Assembly: GCA_013239625.1 (NCBI GenBank)
Contig: MU054001.1
Coordinates: 4,690,167 to 4,754,166 of the forward strand
Origin: Lama guanicoe
Taxonomy: Eukaryota
Length of the DNA stretch: 64,000 nt
Direction of reading: 5' to 3'
The position numbers and the translations under genes are program-made. Position 1 is the first letter of the stretch; each line of letters starts with the position of its first letter. A model generated the notes under the pieces. It worked only from the letters and a program-made list of their open reading frames with translations. It ran no database searches and was not told where the DNA came from. Below are positions 11,319 through 23,612 of the stretch, piece after piece.

Positions 11319-14300
11319 TCTCTCATTTATCTATTTGGGAAATATTTATTAAGCTCATACTATGTGCCAGGCACAGTTCTAGGCTATGGGCGCGGGGGTG
11401 AGAGATCTTTTACTAATTCTTAGTTTCCCATCTAAGCAGCAGGGGCAATAATATCTCCTGCAGAGATTGCATAAAGAGAGTAGATAGGGAAATGTGCTAA
11501 AACCCTGCAAGTGGCTTTTTATCTGGCACATTGCCTGTGGGTGGGCAGCCTCCCACCTCTGGAGTTTGGCTGTACTCAGCTCCCTCCCTGGGTCCCTTTC
11601 TGGAACCTTCCCCCATGTGTGGCTGGTCCCCTTTGATTCTGTGCTTGCTGCCAGCAAGGTGGATGAGGTGGCTTCAGGGCTTCTCTGCTCTGGCGGGTGG
11701 GGGGCGGGGTCCAGGTGTCGGTCCTTGGTGGGAACCACTGGGTCCAGTGGATCCCATTCTCTGCCTCCTCCCGACCCCCCGGGGGCGCTCGCTTCCTTGT
11801 GAGGTCTGAGGCCTGGCTCCACCGTGGGCTTGCTGGTTTGCCTCCCGCAGCTCTGTGCTGCAGGGGTGCGTGCTGGGGTTCTGAGGGAGGAGAGGATGGG
11901 GAAGGAGAAAACCTAATTTTCTCCCTTCCAGCCCGTGGGTGGGGCTACTCACACGTGAAGTACTCTGCAGAAGAAATGGGGCAGTGGGGCAGTGGCCCGG
12001 TTCCTTTGCATCAGGAGAAACTAAGCAATTATTCTGTGCCTGGCCTCAAGCTGATAATCTTCCCAAGGCCGGTTATCCACACTTACATTGTGCCAGCCAC
12101 CCTGCTGGCCACTTCTCAGATGCCCAGCCTTTAACACCCCAACGTCTCTCTTAGCAACATCTCTCTGCGTACTTTGGGGATCCTTTCTTTTTACCTATCA
12201 AGAAACTGAGGCCCAGAAATGTTCAGTAACTTGCTCAAGCTCGCCCAGCCTGGATGTGGTAGGGCCTGGGGGCCAACCCATGACAATCTGACTGCAGATC
12301 CCAAGTTCTTGGTCATTGAGTTGTCCTGTCCCACGGAGGGAATGTTTGCACAGCCACAAGCGTCTTCCCAGCTGGGAGAGGCCCAGAAGGTGACTGCTTT
12401 TCTTTCTACAAGTTAGAAAGTTCAGAGGCCAGAAACTGCCAAGAGGGTGAGGGCCCTGGCAGACTAGAGTATCTCTTTGTAGCACGTACTCTTAATATAC
12501 ATGCGTCTTGACCCAGAGGATACTATTTTGGGCTGTGTTTACTCCTTTCTGAAGCACATCCCTGTCCTGGTCTGGCCAAATCCTTCCCCACTAAGGAACG
12601 GCCGCTGCAGACCCCGCTTCTAGTGACCAGAGGCCCAAAGTCAACAGCCGTGGGCCTGCTTCTGAGAAGGAAGTAATCAGTGACCCCGAGCAGATACCTG
12701 TGCCTCAGGCTGGAGCCAACGGCATGGCGGGGGTGGGGGGAGGTTGCCCCTCCTGTCTCCACACACTCCCCAGGGGCTGCGTCTGGCTAGACAGGAACTG
12801 GCTCCCAGGAGTTCATTAAGTTTGCCCGCAGACCTCCTGGCCCCTCTCTGGAGCCTCCCCCCGACCCCCCAGCCTGCCATCCTCAACCTGGGAGAGCTGG
12901 GGTCGGGGGATGGCCCCTGGCTGCCCCCTCCCGCCGGGCCACAGCTGGTTGTGGTTCTGCCAGGCCTGCTCCGGGCACACAGTTCCGTCTGGGGCTGTGG
13001 GGAGCACGGGAAGGAAGCTTCCCTGATTTTCCATTTTCCTCCTTTGAAAGCTGGTGGCTGACATGCCCTGCCCTCTTGCCGGGAGGGAAAGGGACACACT
13101 CTTTGGCCTCCTTGTTTCACAGTCTCCATCTCCCTCTCCTCTGACCCCGTTCTCATTGGGAATGACGTTGAGTGCTGCTCTCCACGTGCCTGGACCAGGA
13201 CGGGCATGGCTTCCCACGGGCACCGCCTGGAGTTCTGTTTGAGGCATGAGGAACTCATTTGCTTAACCCAACACCACCTCATTGCTGCCTCCTCTCGAAC
13301 CTCTCTGGTCTGCACTGTTTTGTGAGAGATGTTTATTATTATTATCATTGCTGTTATTATGAGCAGTGATGGGGTGGAAGCTCTAAGAATCTTTGGGAGA
13401 TGGTGTCACACCGTGGAAAGAAAAGCAGATGATTTGGATTTTGAACCAGTCGTGTGTTCAAAGTCTTTCTCTGCCCAAAGCCTGTGATCTTTAGCAATTA
13501 ACTTGTTTGTGAGCCTTAGTTTACCCCTCTGTGAAATGGGGCCATTGAGGCCTCACTGGCATGGTGATTCAGAGGGGTCATGAGAATGAAGGGCCAGTGC
13601 ACCTCCAGGCACACTGGGGCGACAGTCAGTGTATGGTGGCTCTGTTTCCTTTCGCCTGGAACAGGACACTCCAAAGGGATTAGATAGGGTGAGGTAGGGT
13701 CTGGAGAGGAGGCAGCCTTCCCCAGTGGGTGGTGGACAGCATGAAGCAGTCCAGGCCACAGTGCCTGGGTGGACCCAGGAGAGGTACCACCCACAGTCCT
13801 TTGGCTGTTGAGTTATCTTGCGGCTGGGCTGGGTCACTGCCCCGGGAGCCTGTGGGGCCTTGTGGGGTCCAGAGATATGGCCATTGTGAGGGAGGACCCA
13901 CCCTGGGTTTTCTGTCTGGGGGAGGACAGCCCTCCCAGCTGCAACTCACAGACTCGTCTCCAGCTGGCAACACCCCAGCCTGTTGCTGCCCTTTGTAAAG
14001 CTACTTGGAGATGCCTTTGGGCCCCCCGTGTGAACCACATGGAGGCTGCTCACTCTTAGGGGCTACTGGCCTCTTCCGGGGCCTTCTGGAGAGGGCTAGG
14101 TCTCCTCCATCTCTCTGACATAGTGAGCACCTCTGAACCCCTGGAGGTCACAGGGAGGAGCCGGCCTAGGGAGATGGGCTTTGGGTATTCCTGAAAATAC
14201 TCGAGGAAAATTCTCTAGGAAAGCAGCATATCCTTGCCCCAAATTCTTTATTACACAACACCATCTGGGACGCATGTCCTGAGCCACCGTACACAAACAG

Positions 14301-17300
14301 GAACAGATGCCCCTCGTCCTATACCCAGGCCTCCAGTTTCTCACCTCTGTGCCTGTGTTCACAGCCAGGATCTCTTGAGATCTCTGGGGTGCTGGCTGCC
14401 AGTGCCCAGTTAGGGCTGGCCCACCCCAGCCCAGCACAGGCTCATCCTGGTGTCCGGAGCACAGCCATCACCTGGCTCCTGACCCCCGAGGAGCCACAGG
14501 GCTACCCTGAAGGTGTTGAAAGAAGAAAATCTTAAGCTTACAACTTAAGCTTGTCTTCTGCTCCCATCCGCATCACCTGTGTGTGAATTTGAAAGTTTTT
14601 TTCCTATATCAATGTCACTCATTTATCACGTGAATAACACAATTATACCCCATTGTTTGAGTATGGGCGTTAAGAGTGTCAGTGCTTTATTTAAATCATT
14701 AGACATTTAAAATGTAACACTCTTTTGCCACCCTGTCCTGGCATTTCTTCTTCTATGAAATCTACCTGGATTCTCATACCTGGGGAAGACCCAGGCCTCA
14801 TCCAGTCTCCAGGGCAGCTGCCTGGCTCTCCAGCAAGTCGTCTTAGGAATGGAGTCCCGCTGCTGGCCTCCTGGGCCCCGAGCTGATGGACTTCCCTCCA
14901 CCAAGCAAGAGGGCGGGTTCCCATGTGTCTTTTCTGTCGCAATTATTTCCCTGGCTCCTCCCCTTGATACAAAAGGCCCAAGTCCGGGTCCAGAGTAAGT
15001 TATTTGTAATGCATTTTCAGAGTCCATATTGCAATATTAGCCATGACTGTCTGCTGTGTAGAAAAAGAGGGAGTTTGCGTTTGAAGTTTAATCCAGCTTC
15101 TACTTAAGCTCAGTCCCTGGGCAATCCTTTTTTCTGCCGCTGAGCTCAAACAGCCGGTCCTCAGGTTTGATCTGCTGCCCCACGGAGCCCTGCCCAATGT
15201 GAATTTGAAGAGTTTTTTTTCCCCTCTCAACCAGGGAGACTTGCAAAAAAAAAAAAAAAAAAGTCAGCGTGTTCTGCGGCGACGGCTCCCACGGTGGGTC
15301 CCGGGGTCCATCCTGAGCCCCTCTGCTGCTGGGGGCTGAGCCCACCTGACTTCCAGCCTTCCAGGGGGGGCAAGTCCCTTCCTCGGGGTCTCTGAGGAGC
15401 CCCTTTGAGCTCTCGCTGCTGGTGGACGGCGAGCACTGGGGAGTCCGGGAGTCCTGTCTGGCATGTGGGGGGCAGAGAAAAAGGAGGGAAAAAAGGGAGG
15501 AAAATGAAAGGCGTGAGTTTGTCGGGAACTGGTGCTGGCGGTGGAAACAGGAGCCGCAGCAGGACGGAACCTGGTGGCCTTCAAAACTTTTCTTCTCCCC
15601 TCTCGCCACATGACTCGGAGGATGCAGGCAGTAATTAAAGGCCCCCCTGGCTCCTCATTTTCTGTGCCCACGCCTTTGATCTGGCTCATGTTGGGCGGCT
15701 ATTTTCATTGTTCCTGCCTTTCTTTCATTCTTTTTTGATGGCAGAAATGATGATCTTTGATTCCAGAGTCGGAGGTGGGCAGGAGAGTGTTACAGGTCTT
15801 ACATAATGCATCTTTCACATCTTATTTTTAAACGCGGGCATAATCAGGGCTGGGCAGAGGCTGGGCTTGATTTTAACCCATGTTCTGGAAGAGGCGGTTG
15901 GTTGCCTGCCCTGTGGCGCTGGCCTGGGGGTAGGTGGGGACGGGCAGTCGTGTGCAACTGAATGAAAATTACTAGAGGAAGCGTTTCCCCTTCCACTCCT
16001 TTCTAAATATAACCTGAAGAGAGTTTTTCCTAATTGTTCCCTTATGGCCAAAGATGTGCTGAGAGCAAGCCGGACAGGGAAGGCTCTGCCCGCTAAGCCC
16101 GGCTTCTCTTGGCGGCACCATGCAAGGCCTGCACACTGTTTATTAGTGGATGTTGATAAGCTATAAGGGACAAGCCACAGGAGGGGGTATATGAACCCAT
16201 AACTCAGGTTGCTGAGATAAAATGGAGATGCCTGGCCAGATGAGGGGAGGTGGGAGGCTGAGGGGTGGGTGTCATATTCTGATCCCTTTCCACATCCTTC
16301 TTGGCTCCTCATCTCCTGAGCAAACTCAGAGCCTCTCCCAACAGTGAGCCCTGTGGGATGGACAGAGATGAGAAGACGAGGTCTTGATGATGAGAAGCCT
16401 GCGATCCAGGCCTGCAATGGGGCGTGCGTGGACCTGCAGGTTCAGATGATGCTGGGGCTCGGGCAGGTGAGGGGTGGGGTGGGGCTGGGTGATGGAGATC
16501 CTGTGCTCGCTGAGGGGAACAGCTGCTCCCCAGTCACTGTTGCCAGCTGCCTTGCTGGAGACTGGATTCGGTGTTGCTCGAACTTCCGGGTTTCCAAGAG
16601 AAGCTGGAAATTCAGGTCTTGATGGGAAATCTCTCAGAGGAGATGTGAAGGAAGAAGGCTTTCTTGGTCAGACTACAGTGCTGGCAAAGGCTGGGAGCCA
16701 GGAAAGCCCTGCGTGTGGAGGGAGGGGGTGGCTGTCCCCTGGCTGCTGGAGCAAGGTGGGGCCAGCAGGAGAGGCCAGAGGGCCAGGGCTCTGCGGCCCC
16801 TGCTTGGGGCAGACTGGGCAGGCCTGTAGTCTGAGAGGGACTAGCTCCCAGGTGGATGCAAGGGCCTTCCTGGCAAGGCGTTTTGTTGCACATGATGTCT
16901 GAGGCCGCGTGCCACCTGCGCTGAATGCTTGGTGTTCTTGAGGGCGTGGGCCCATCCTGCCACCGTGGGGACACTCCTGTTAGACGTGTCCCGTCTTTGG
17001 GCAGTGTTAGTGGTTCATTCCTTTGAGGGTCTGAGGCTGGCCTTCCTGCCTATCTACCCCAGGCTCCGGGACCAGGATTTTCACTTACTGAAAGTGTCGC
17101 TGGATATTTATTGAGTGTCTACTGTGTGCCAGACTCTGTGCTGGGTGCTGGGCAACAGTGGTGACCAAGGCAGGCCTGGTCATGTGGAGAAGGACGATTG
17201 ACAAATTGCCACGTAACTACATATATTATTAGAGGCGCATGTACGTCCAGACGGAAGAATGTGAGAGAGAAGCAAGGGCTTTTCCAAATAATTGGTGATG

Positions 17301-17662
17301 AAAACTAGAGTGGAACAATGAATAGAAATAATAGGGGATGGAGGTCCAGAGAGAGGGTTCAGAGATCCCATGGTGGGAAGGTGTTTGGCAAATGAGACAA
17401 TGTCTGCAGTCTTGGGAAAGTGGTGAGTGAGGGGGTGCACTGTGGAGAGGGGCGGGGCCGGGCCTTGTGGGCCAAGGAGGAGTTCTGGGGGGTCTCAGCA
17501 TTGTCACACTTGCTCTCTGAATTGCTCAGCCACTGCTCTGAGGAGGGTGGGTGTGAACCTGGTGGGGAAGCTGAGGTGATGGTGCAGGTGGTGTGGATGG
17601 AAAGCAGAGGGCATGTTGGAGAGCTGTTCTAGGCAGCAGAATGACCGGATTGGTGGCAAGAG

Positions 17663-17788
17663 TGGGGAGGGTATAGCTCAGCTGTAGAATGCGTGCTTAG
17701 CATGCAGAAGGTCCTGGTTCAATCCCTAGTACCTCTGTCAATCAATCAATCAACCTACCCTCCTCAACAAAATTTTTTTTTAAACCCA
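17663..17788 (+). mobile_element. tRNA-Ala-derived SINE (camelid vic-1 type) with perfect 16-bp TSD
   Basis: Head GGGGAGGGTATAGCTCAG...GGTTCAATCCCTAGTACCTC. GGATTGGTGGCAAGAG is duplicated at 17647-17662 and 17789-17804. Confidence 0.92.
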
Positions 17789-19612
17789 GGATTGGTGGCA
17801 AGAGAGCGGAGGATGCCAGAATGACCCCTGGGGTTCTGGCTTGGACATTGGGGTGAAGGGAGAGGTCTTCTGAAATGGAGAGGCCTGGAGGAAGAACAGG
17901 ATTGGGTGGAGCTGCTCCTACAATCTCTTCTCTTTCAACACTGGGCCAGGGTGGGGGCCTGGGCAAAGCTGATGAGGACAGTGGGGTGCGAGCTTGAGGG
18001 GCCTCAGCCTGGCTGTCGCTCAGTCCCCAAGACCCTGCTCTGCGTGAAGGTAGGGTGTCCCCCGAACTGTCTCGAGCTGGCCTCACCCAGCCCGATCACA
18101 CACCTACCTGTGTCGAGGGGACCTGCTCCATGAGGCCGCAGAGCCATTCCAACATGGTGCTACGGGTGCTGTCTGACCCTGGGCTCCTCCTTCCCCACCT
18201 TGTGGAGGGAGCCCACTGCCGGCCCTTGAGCTTGCATACTTGACTGCGCTGCTTGTTGCCCAGATGAAGGCAGCCTTTCCAGTGTCCTTGCTCCTTAGAA
18301 GTCCTCTTGGCCACCGGGCCTCTGAGACCAGGCACAGCCAGCAGCCGTGCTGATGGCACGTGTGCCCCTGCCTTTCTGGGTTGATGCGGGAGGGCTGTAT
18401 GTTTCCATCTGCCGTCCAGGCTGCACACAAATCTGCTTTGCCTGGTGTGTGTGGAGCCTGGGGGCCAGCCCTCCGACTCCTCCCGCCTGACAGGGCCCAT
18501 TCACTTATGACTGCCCACCTTTAGCAGCTCCTGCTGGCAGCTGAGTTGGGGTGGGAGTGGGTCCTGCTTAGCCTGAAGGGAGAGGCCTAGAAACAGCGCC
18601 AGTTGGGGGAGGATTTCTGGGAAGACGGGGCCCCCAGATGGGCTCCCTGCTCTTCATGAGCCGGATTTCTGCTGTCAGCCCAGGGCAGCTCTCCTGGATT
18701 TGCTCCTTGGGGTCGAGGAGCCTGACGTCATGGGACCACTCACCTCCCTACCGGCACCTTGGGGACTCAGCTCCCACTTTCTTCATCCTCACTCCAAAAG
18801 CAGGCTTTCCAAGAGAGACGTGGCCAGGTCTGGGCTGGCAGTGGGGAGGCGTATGCACCGCTGTGTAAGATGGTTTTCTGACCCGTAGCCTGGGGTCTTT
18901 CCATCTCTGCCCTAGTCTCTCCCTATCCAACCTTTGGGCTAATTAATGGCATGAACTTCCTCATGGTAGTTTATAAATGTCTCCTCGATTTTCCCCAGGG
19001 CAGTTTGAGAATGTAAGTATCCCTGATGTATCTAGCCATGTAACTATAGTTTTACTACCTGAGAATTCAGTAGATGAATCAAAGACAGCAGTTAGTAGAA
19101 TTTGGATAATGAGGATTTTTTTTTTTCTCAAGACACCCTATTTTCCTGTTTACATCCTTTCTCTTGGTCCTCATCCAGGCACACGTGGATTTGCCGGAGT
19201 ATAACCAGAGGGAATGTAATAAACTCTGCTCTTTCGCCCAGTGATTCACGGTCTGACTCGCCTCCAGAGTCCGTGGTCCACATAGCTGCTCCTAACAACC
19301 ATGTGAGGGTCCAGGGTGAGATGTGGGTAACATGCTGGCATCACACCTGGCATGTTGGAATTTCACAGGAGGCCTCGCTTCCTCCCAGTTTCCTTTTGGA
19401 CCCTAGCCCCCCTGAGGGTACAGTTCTCCATGGGACTTGGAGCGAAGAGGAAAGACCTCTGAATCTGGGGTCAGGAGAACTGAGTTCTGGCTCTGGGTCA
19501 CCGCTGGGTGGCTATGAATGAACTTGGCCCTTTGTCCCCTGGGCATCAGTTTTCCTGTCTAAAAGTGAGGGTGGATCTCACCCACCTCTGACATTCTAAG
19601 ATTTGGGATTCT

Positions 19613-19787
19613 TTTTATTTTATTATTTTTTTTAATTTTTAGTTTAAAAAAAATTTTTTTTGCAGAGGGTAGATAGAGGTAATTAAGTTTATTTGTTTAG
19701 TTTTTCAATGGAGGTACTGGGGATTGAACTCAGGACCCCGTGCATGCTAAGCACATGCTCTATTGCTGAGCTATACCCTCCCCCCCA
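19613..19787 (-). mobile_element. tRNA-Ala-derived SINE (camelid vic-1 type) with 16-bp TSD
   Basis: Same head in reverse, with a T-rich tail on the + strand. TAAGATTTGGGATTCT (19597-19612) and TAAGATCTGGGATTCT (19788-19803) are 15/16 identical. Confidence 0.92.
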
Positions 19788-20439
19788 TAAGATCTGGGAT
19801 TCTAAAGAAGGAATGTACTTATATCAGATATAAGAATATATGTTAATTTCTTCCTTGTAGTTCTCACCACAGTCATGGTTTTACACTTATTTGGTATAAT
19901 TTTCTGATCGTGGTCTATCTCCGCACGTGACACAGTCAGCTCCAGGAAGCTCAGCCTCGGCCGCAGCCACCACTCAGTGCTCTGGTGGCGGCACACAGGA
20001 AAGCTCAGTAAATACTGTTGAGCGAGAGGTCACATAGAACATAGTAGCAGGCGCCAGGCACGCCTCTGCTCCTGTCCACAGCATTATAACTGGAGGAGAG
20101 TACAGATGGACGGCCAGGCGTTCCCCCAGTCGTCTGGGCACTATAGCTTTGCAGCCTGGAGCGAGGCCTCTTCGTTATCAGGTTCAGAAGCAGGCGGACA
20201 AGCTGCTGGGAGTGTCCTCAGCCCCGAGGCTCCCTTCCCTGACACAGATGGGAGGGGATGCTCAGAGTAGGGTGGGGGCCCTGGAATTGAAGTCCTGGGT
20301 GCGGGGTGGGGGGTTCTTAGACGACCACTCTGTTGCAGTCCTAACACCTACTCAGAGCCACCAACACAGGGCACAGCTGTAATAATTGTCATTATGACAA
20401 GGACTACTGTTCAGAGAGCTAAGGACAGGTGGCACCCCA

Positions 20440-20585
20440 TTTCATCACCACTGCAGCCCTGTGAGGTGAGTATTGTGACCTCGTTCCCATTTTACAGATG
20501 AGGAAACTGAGGCTCAAAGATGTTCTGATTTGCCCAAGGTCACACAGCCTGGGAGTGATGGGGATGGGATTTGAACCTGGCCGCC
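20440..20585 (-). mobile_element. MIR SINE
   Basis: cccattttacagatgaggaaactgaggctcaaaga...tgcccaaggtcacacagc...ggatttgaacc. Confidence 0.9.
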
Positions 20586-21009
20586 CCCCATCATGTTCGT
20601 GCTCTCCAGGGCCCACCCCTACGGCTTCTGCCAGCTCAGCACCCCTACAAGCCCAGCTCTCTCCCCTCTCCCCATCTCCCAGGCCCTCCTGCCGTGCTCA
20701 GCGACATCCCATCTGTCCGAGGATCTGTTCTGGCCAGATGCAGAGACACTCCTGGGATTCCAGGCCAGGGTGGTTGCTACAGAGAAAGGGAGGGGAAGGG
20801 ATTCTCAGGCCAAGTTGATGCTGCAGACCCTAGCTTTGCACGGCTGGTCTGGGAGGGTCTGGCAGCCCTAGGCTCTTCCCCGAGGCTGGGCCTTCTGTGT
20901 GCATCGTTTGGGCGGCCCCGGCAGCTTGCAGCAAGCCCTGCAACCTTGTCTGCTCCCTGGCTCCTTTCTCTTGTGGTTGAGAGAGGGGCCTGAGGATCAG
21001 CGTGGGAAA

Positions 21010-21225
21010 GGAGGGTGGAGATTTCTCTTTCTAGGGGCAGGATGAGGGAATGGAGGGGAGGGAGGGGGCCCGGCAGGGAGGTGGGACAGAGGGAAGGTGA
21101 TGGGATGAAGAGGAAGTGGTGGGGGGTTGCTTTTGGGCAAGGTGGTCATGAGAGGAAGGGAAACAGGAGGGGAATGGAGGGGAGGCAGAGAGGAAAGGAG
21201 AGTGCTGTGGGCAGAGATGGAGCTG
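21010..21225. repeat. GA-rich low-complexity tract
   Basis: Strong purine strand bias with many GG/GGG runs. Confidence 0.7.
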
Positions 21226-22369
21226 GGTGACAAGGGGGCGCTGTCTTAGGTACAAAAAGAACCCTGATGTTGGAAGATGGTAATGTGCAGAGGCCAGACA
21301 GCCCGGCATTACTACGCTCACCACCTCCGCTCACCTCCTCCAGGAACCACGGGCAGGCGCTTGGAGGCAGCAGCACAGGCCCTGGGATTGGGCGTGCCCG
21401 CGGGCTCCCCTCGCTGCAGACCGGGCTGGGAACCGTCACTTTGAAGTCCCTGACATTTGTGGTGAAACGATCCGGTCTGAGGTCTCATTAGCCTCTGCTT
21501 TGCTGCACACACCCTGCCATTTAATCTCCCCATCCCTACTTCCAACGCCAAGGTTTGTAAATCTGTCCCGTTGGTTTTATGAAGTCTGTGGCTGATAAGA
21601 ACTTGACAGTGTTAATGCACTCGAGTTTTTCTCCCCTCTCCCCAGCCCCAGAAGCACTCGGTCACAAAAGCTTTGCTGCCCAGAGGGAAGGAAGGTGCCA
21701 GAAGAGACACCGTGTCTCATTTTCCACTTCTACTTGAGAGCGGCTTAGTCTGGATGCCGGTGGATTTCATTTTCCCCAAACTAGCGGGACCGCTGCCGCT
21801 GGTGGAGACAAAGGAGGCCTTGTGCTTGGCCATCGCCCCAAACCCACCCCTTGTTACTCACCTCCCTTCCTGCTTGTACCGAGTCCCTCATGTGGGTTTT
21901 CTGCTTTGCTCACCTGAGACTTGAACATTTGACCCCTCAAAATCAGGGAAGCTTTTTGGTTTCCTTACTGGATAGGACTGTGGTCCCAACTCTAGGGTTA
22001 CTCAGAGATAAGGGGCACTCTGTGGGACGTGAACATTTCTTAGAAAATTATTTCTCCCTGCCTCTTCCCACTGGCCTTGATCAGCACAGGCACTTGTCTG
22101 GCTTAAAGGTTGTGCTTTTACAAGTGGAAGTGGCTGCATACTGATGACCCCTGAGCTGTATACTGATGGCTTCTGGCTTGAATACCTGTTGGGAAGACTG
22201 AGACCCATGGGGAGAACCAGTCTGAAGTCAGAGCTGGCATTCTTGGGTCATTCACAGACATCTGAGAACAATTGTGTGGAGTGAAGATTGATTTTAGTGT
22301 CTTGTTTCAGGTTCTCATAATCCTTCTTATTCATTTATTCATCTATGCATCCATCTATACATTGAATAA

Positions 22370-22686
22370 ATTGGTCTCCCCAAACTGTGCCAAGGCACCC
22401 CAGGGCAGCATGGCTGCCCCACCAGAGCTTTATGATGTATTTTAAAATTTTAAGGAGAACACAGCAATACTCAACATCTGTGGGACATGATGTGAACTCC
22501 TTACCTCTGGGTTGTCCACTACTTCAATGTTAGATTGCTCTATATTCCTTTTGATGGCATCATATCTTTGCAAAGCTGTACTTTTGGTGGTTGCTGTGGA
22601 TAAAAAGCAGGTACCATGTGAAAATCAATATTGAAGAAGAAATGAGAATGACAGGTTGAATCTGATTCCAAGGTCGGAGAAGTTGA
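22370..22686 (+). mobile_element. hAT-Charlie DNA transposon (Charlie4a-like), first half
   Basis: cccaaactgtgccaaggcaccccaggg...catatctttgcaaagctg...aaaatcaatattgaa...aatctgattccaagg..gagaagttg matches the recalled consensus. Confidence 0.7.
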
Positions 22687-22714
22687 CTTCCAAGGGAAAG
22701 ATGACTTCTAGCCT

Positions 22715-23020
22715 GTGGGGCAGATTTGGGGTTTTATCTGGAGCAGTGGGAACGTCTCAAAGGGATGTGAAGCAGGGCAGTGATGTGAGTGACCTGTGCT
22801 CTGCAAAGATCCCTGGAGATCTGTGTCTGGATTGGACTAGACGTGGGGTAACGTGTTAGAGTCCAGCGCAGTGGTCCAAACAAACAACCACAGTGGCTTG
22901 GACCCCAGTGATGACAGTGAAGGTGGGGAGTCTGGTTGGCAGATCTGAGACTCGGCTAAATGCGGGATGGACAGGACTTGGTGGCTAACTGTGTAGGGGT
23001 GAGAGGAGAGGGAGGAAAGG
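22715..23020 (-). mobile_element. L2 LINE fragment
   Basis: gaagcagggcagtgatgtga...gtggcttggac...gacaggacttggtg...gagggagga is typical reverse L2. Confidence 0.6.
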
Positions 23021-23094
23021 TGTCTGACATGGGGACACAATGGCATGGAGAGGAGAGTTGGAGACAAGGCTCACATGCTAGACGCCAATAAACA

Positions 23095-23250
23095 TCTTGC
23101 CCTGCTTTATCTTTCTTGTTCACTTCTGGTTACCTAATGTCTTACAGGGTCAGTTAATTACCCAGTTACTATCCACTTCCCGCACCAGACTGTCAACTCC
23201 TTGAGGGCAGGGACTTTTCCTTACTCCCTGCTGTGTCCCAGACTGCACCT
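23095..23250 (+). mobile_element. L2 LINE 3' fragment
   Basis: ccagactgtcaactccttgagggcagggact...ctgctgtgtcccag. Confidence 0.65.
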
Positions 23251-23261
23251 CATATAGAGTT

Positions 23262-23504
23262 CAGAGGCTCCCAGCTTTGTTGGTTCACGATGCCTTAGCG
23301 TCTGTGATTTTTTTCAGGGCACCCCTAAGCCAAAAGAAATGCCTAATAGTTCCTTTTGTTGAAATAGTCAGGTGCAAATAACTCAGCAAGTGTTTATGCC
23401 CTGACAACTTAGTAGCTGTTTGAAAAATAAAACAGATAAATTCAAAGAAGAAATACATAATTTCATTTCATACTGAGATGACCACAGTTACTAATGCAAT
23501 GTGT
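23262..23504 (-). mobile_element. hAT-Charlie DNA transposon (Charlie4a-like), second half, inverted
   Basis: cagaggctccc...ggttcacg..gcctta...gccaaaagaaatgcctaatagttcc...acaacttagtagctgtttgaaaaa matches the opposite end of the same recalled consensus. Confidence 0.65.
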
Positions 23505-23612
23505 TAAAGTACAGCTTCTGATTCAATGGGTCCGGGTCGGGACCAGAATTCCGCATTTCTCATAAACTCCCAGGTGATGTTCAACTGCTGGCCCAGGATC
23601 AAGTTTTGAGTG
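23505..23612. mobile_element. MER5A-like DNA transposon fragment
   Basis: ttctgattcaatgggtc...gcatttct..aaactcccaggtgatg...ctgctggccc...tttgagt. Confidence 0.7.

Noticed and set aside
17664..17735. tRNA-Ala-like sequence (also at 11250-11318 and 19710-19785)
   Set aside because: These are SINE heads with tails and, in two cases, TSDs. The stems are degenerate, so they are not tRNA genes.
18723..18730. Second TGACGTCA CRE
   Set aside because: A lone 8-mer with no supporting context.
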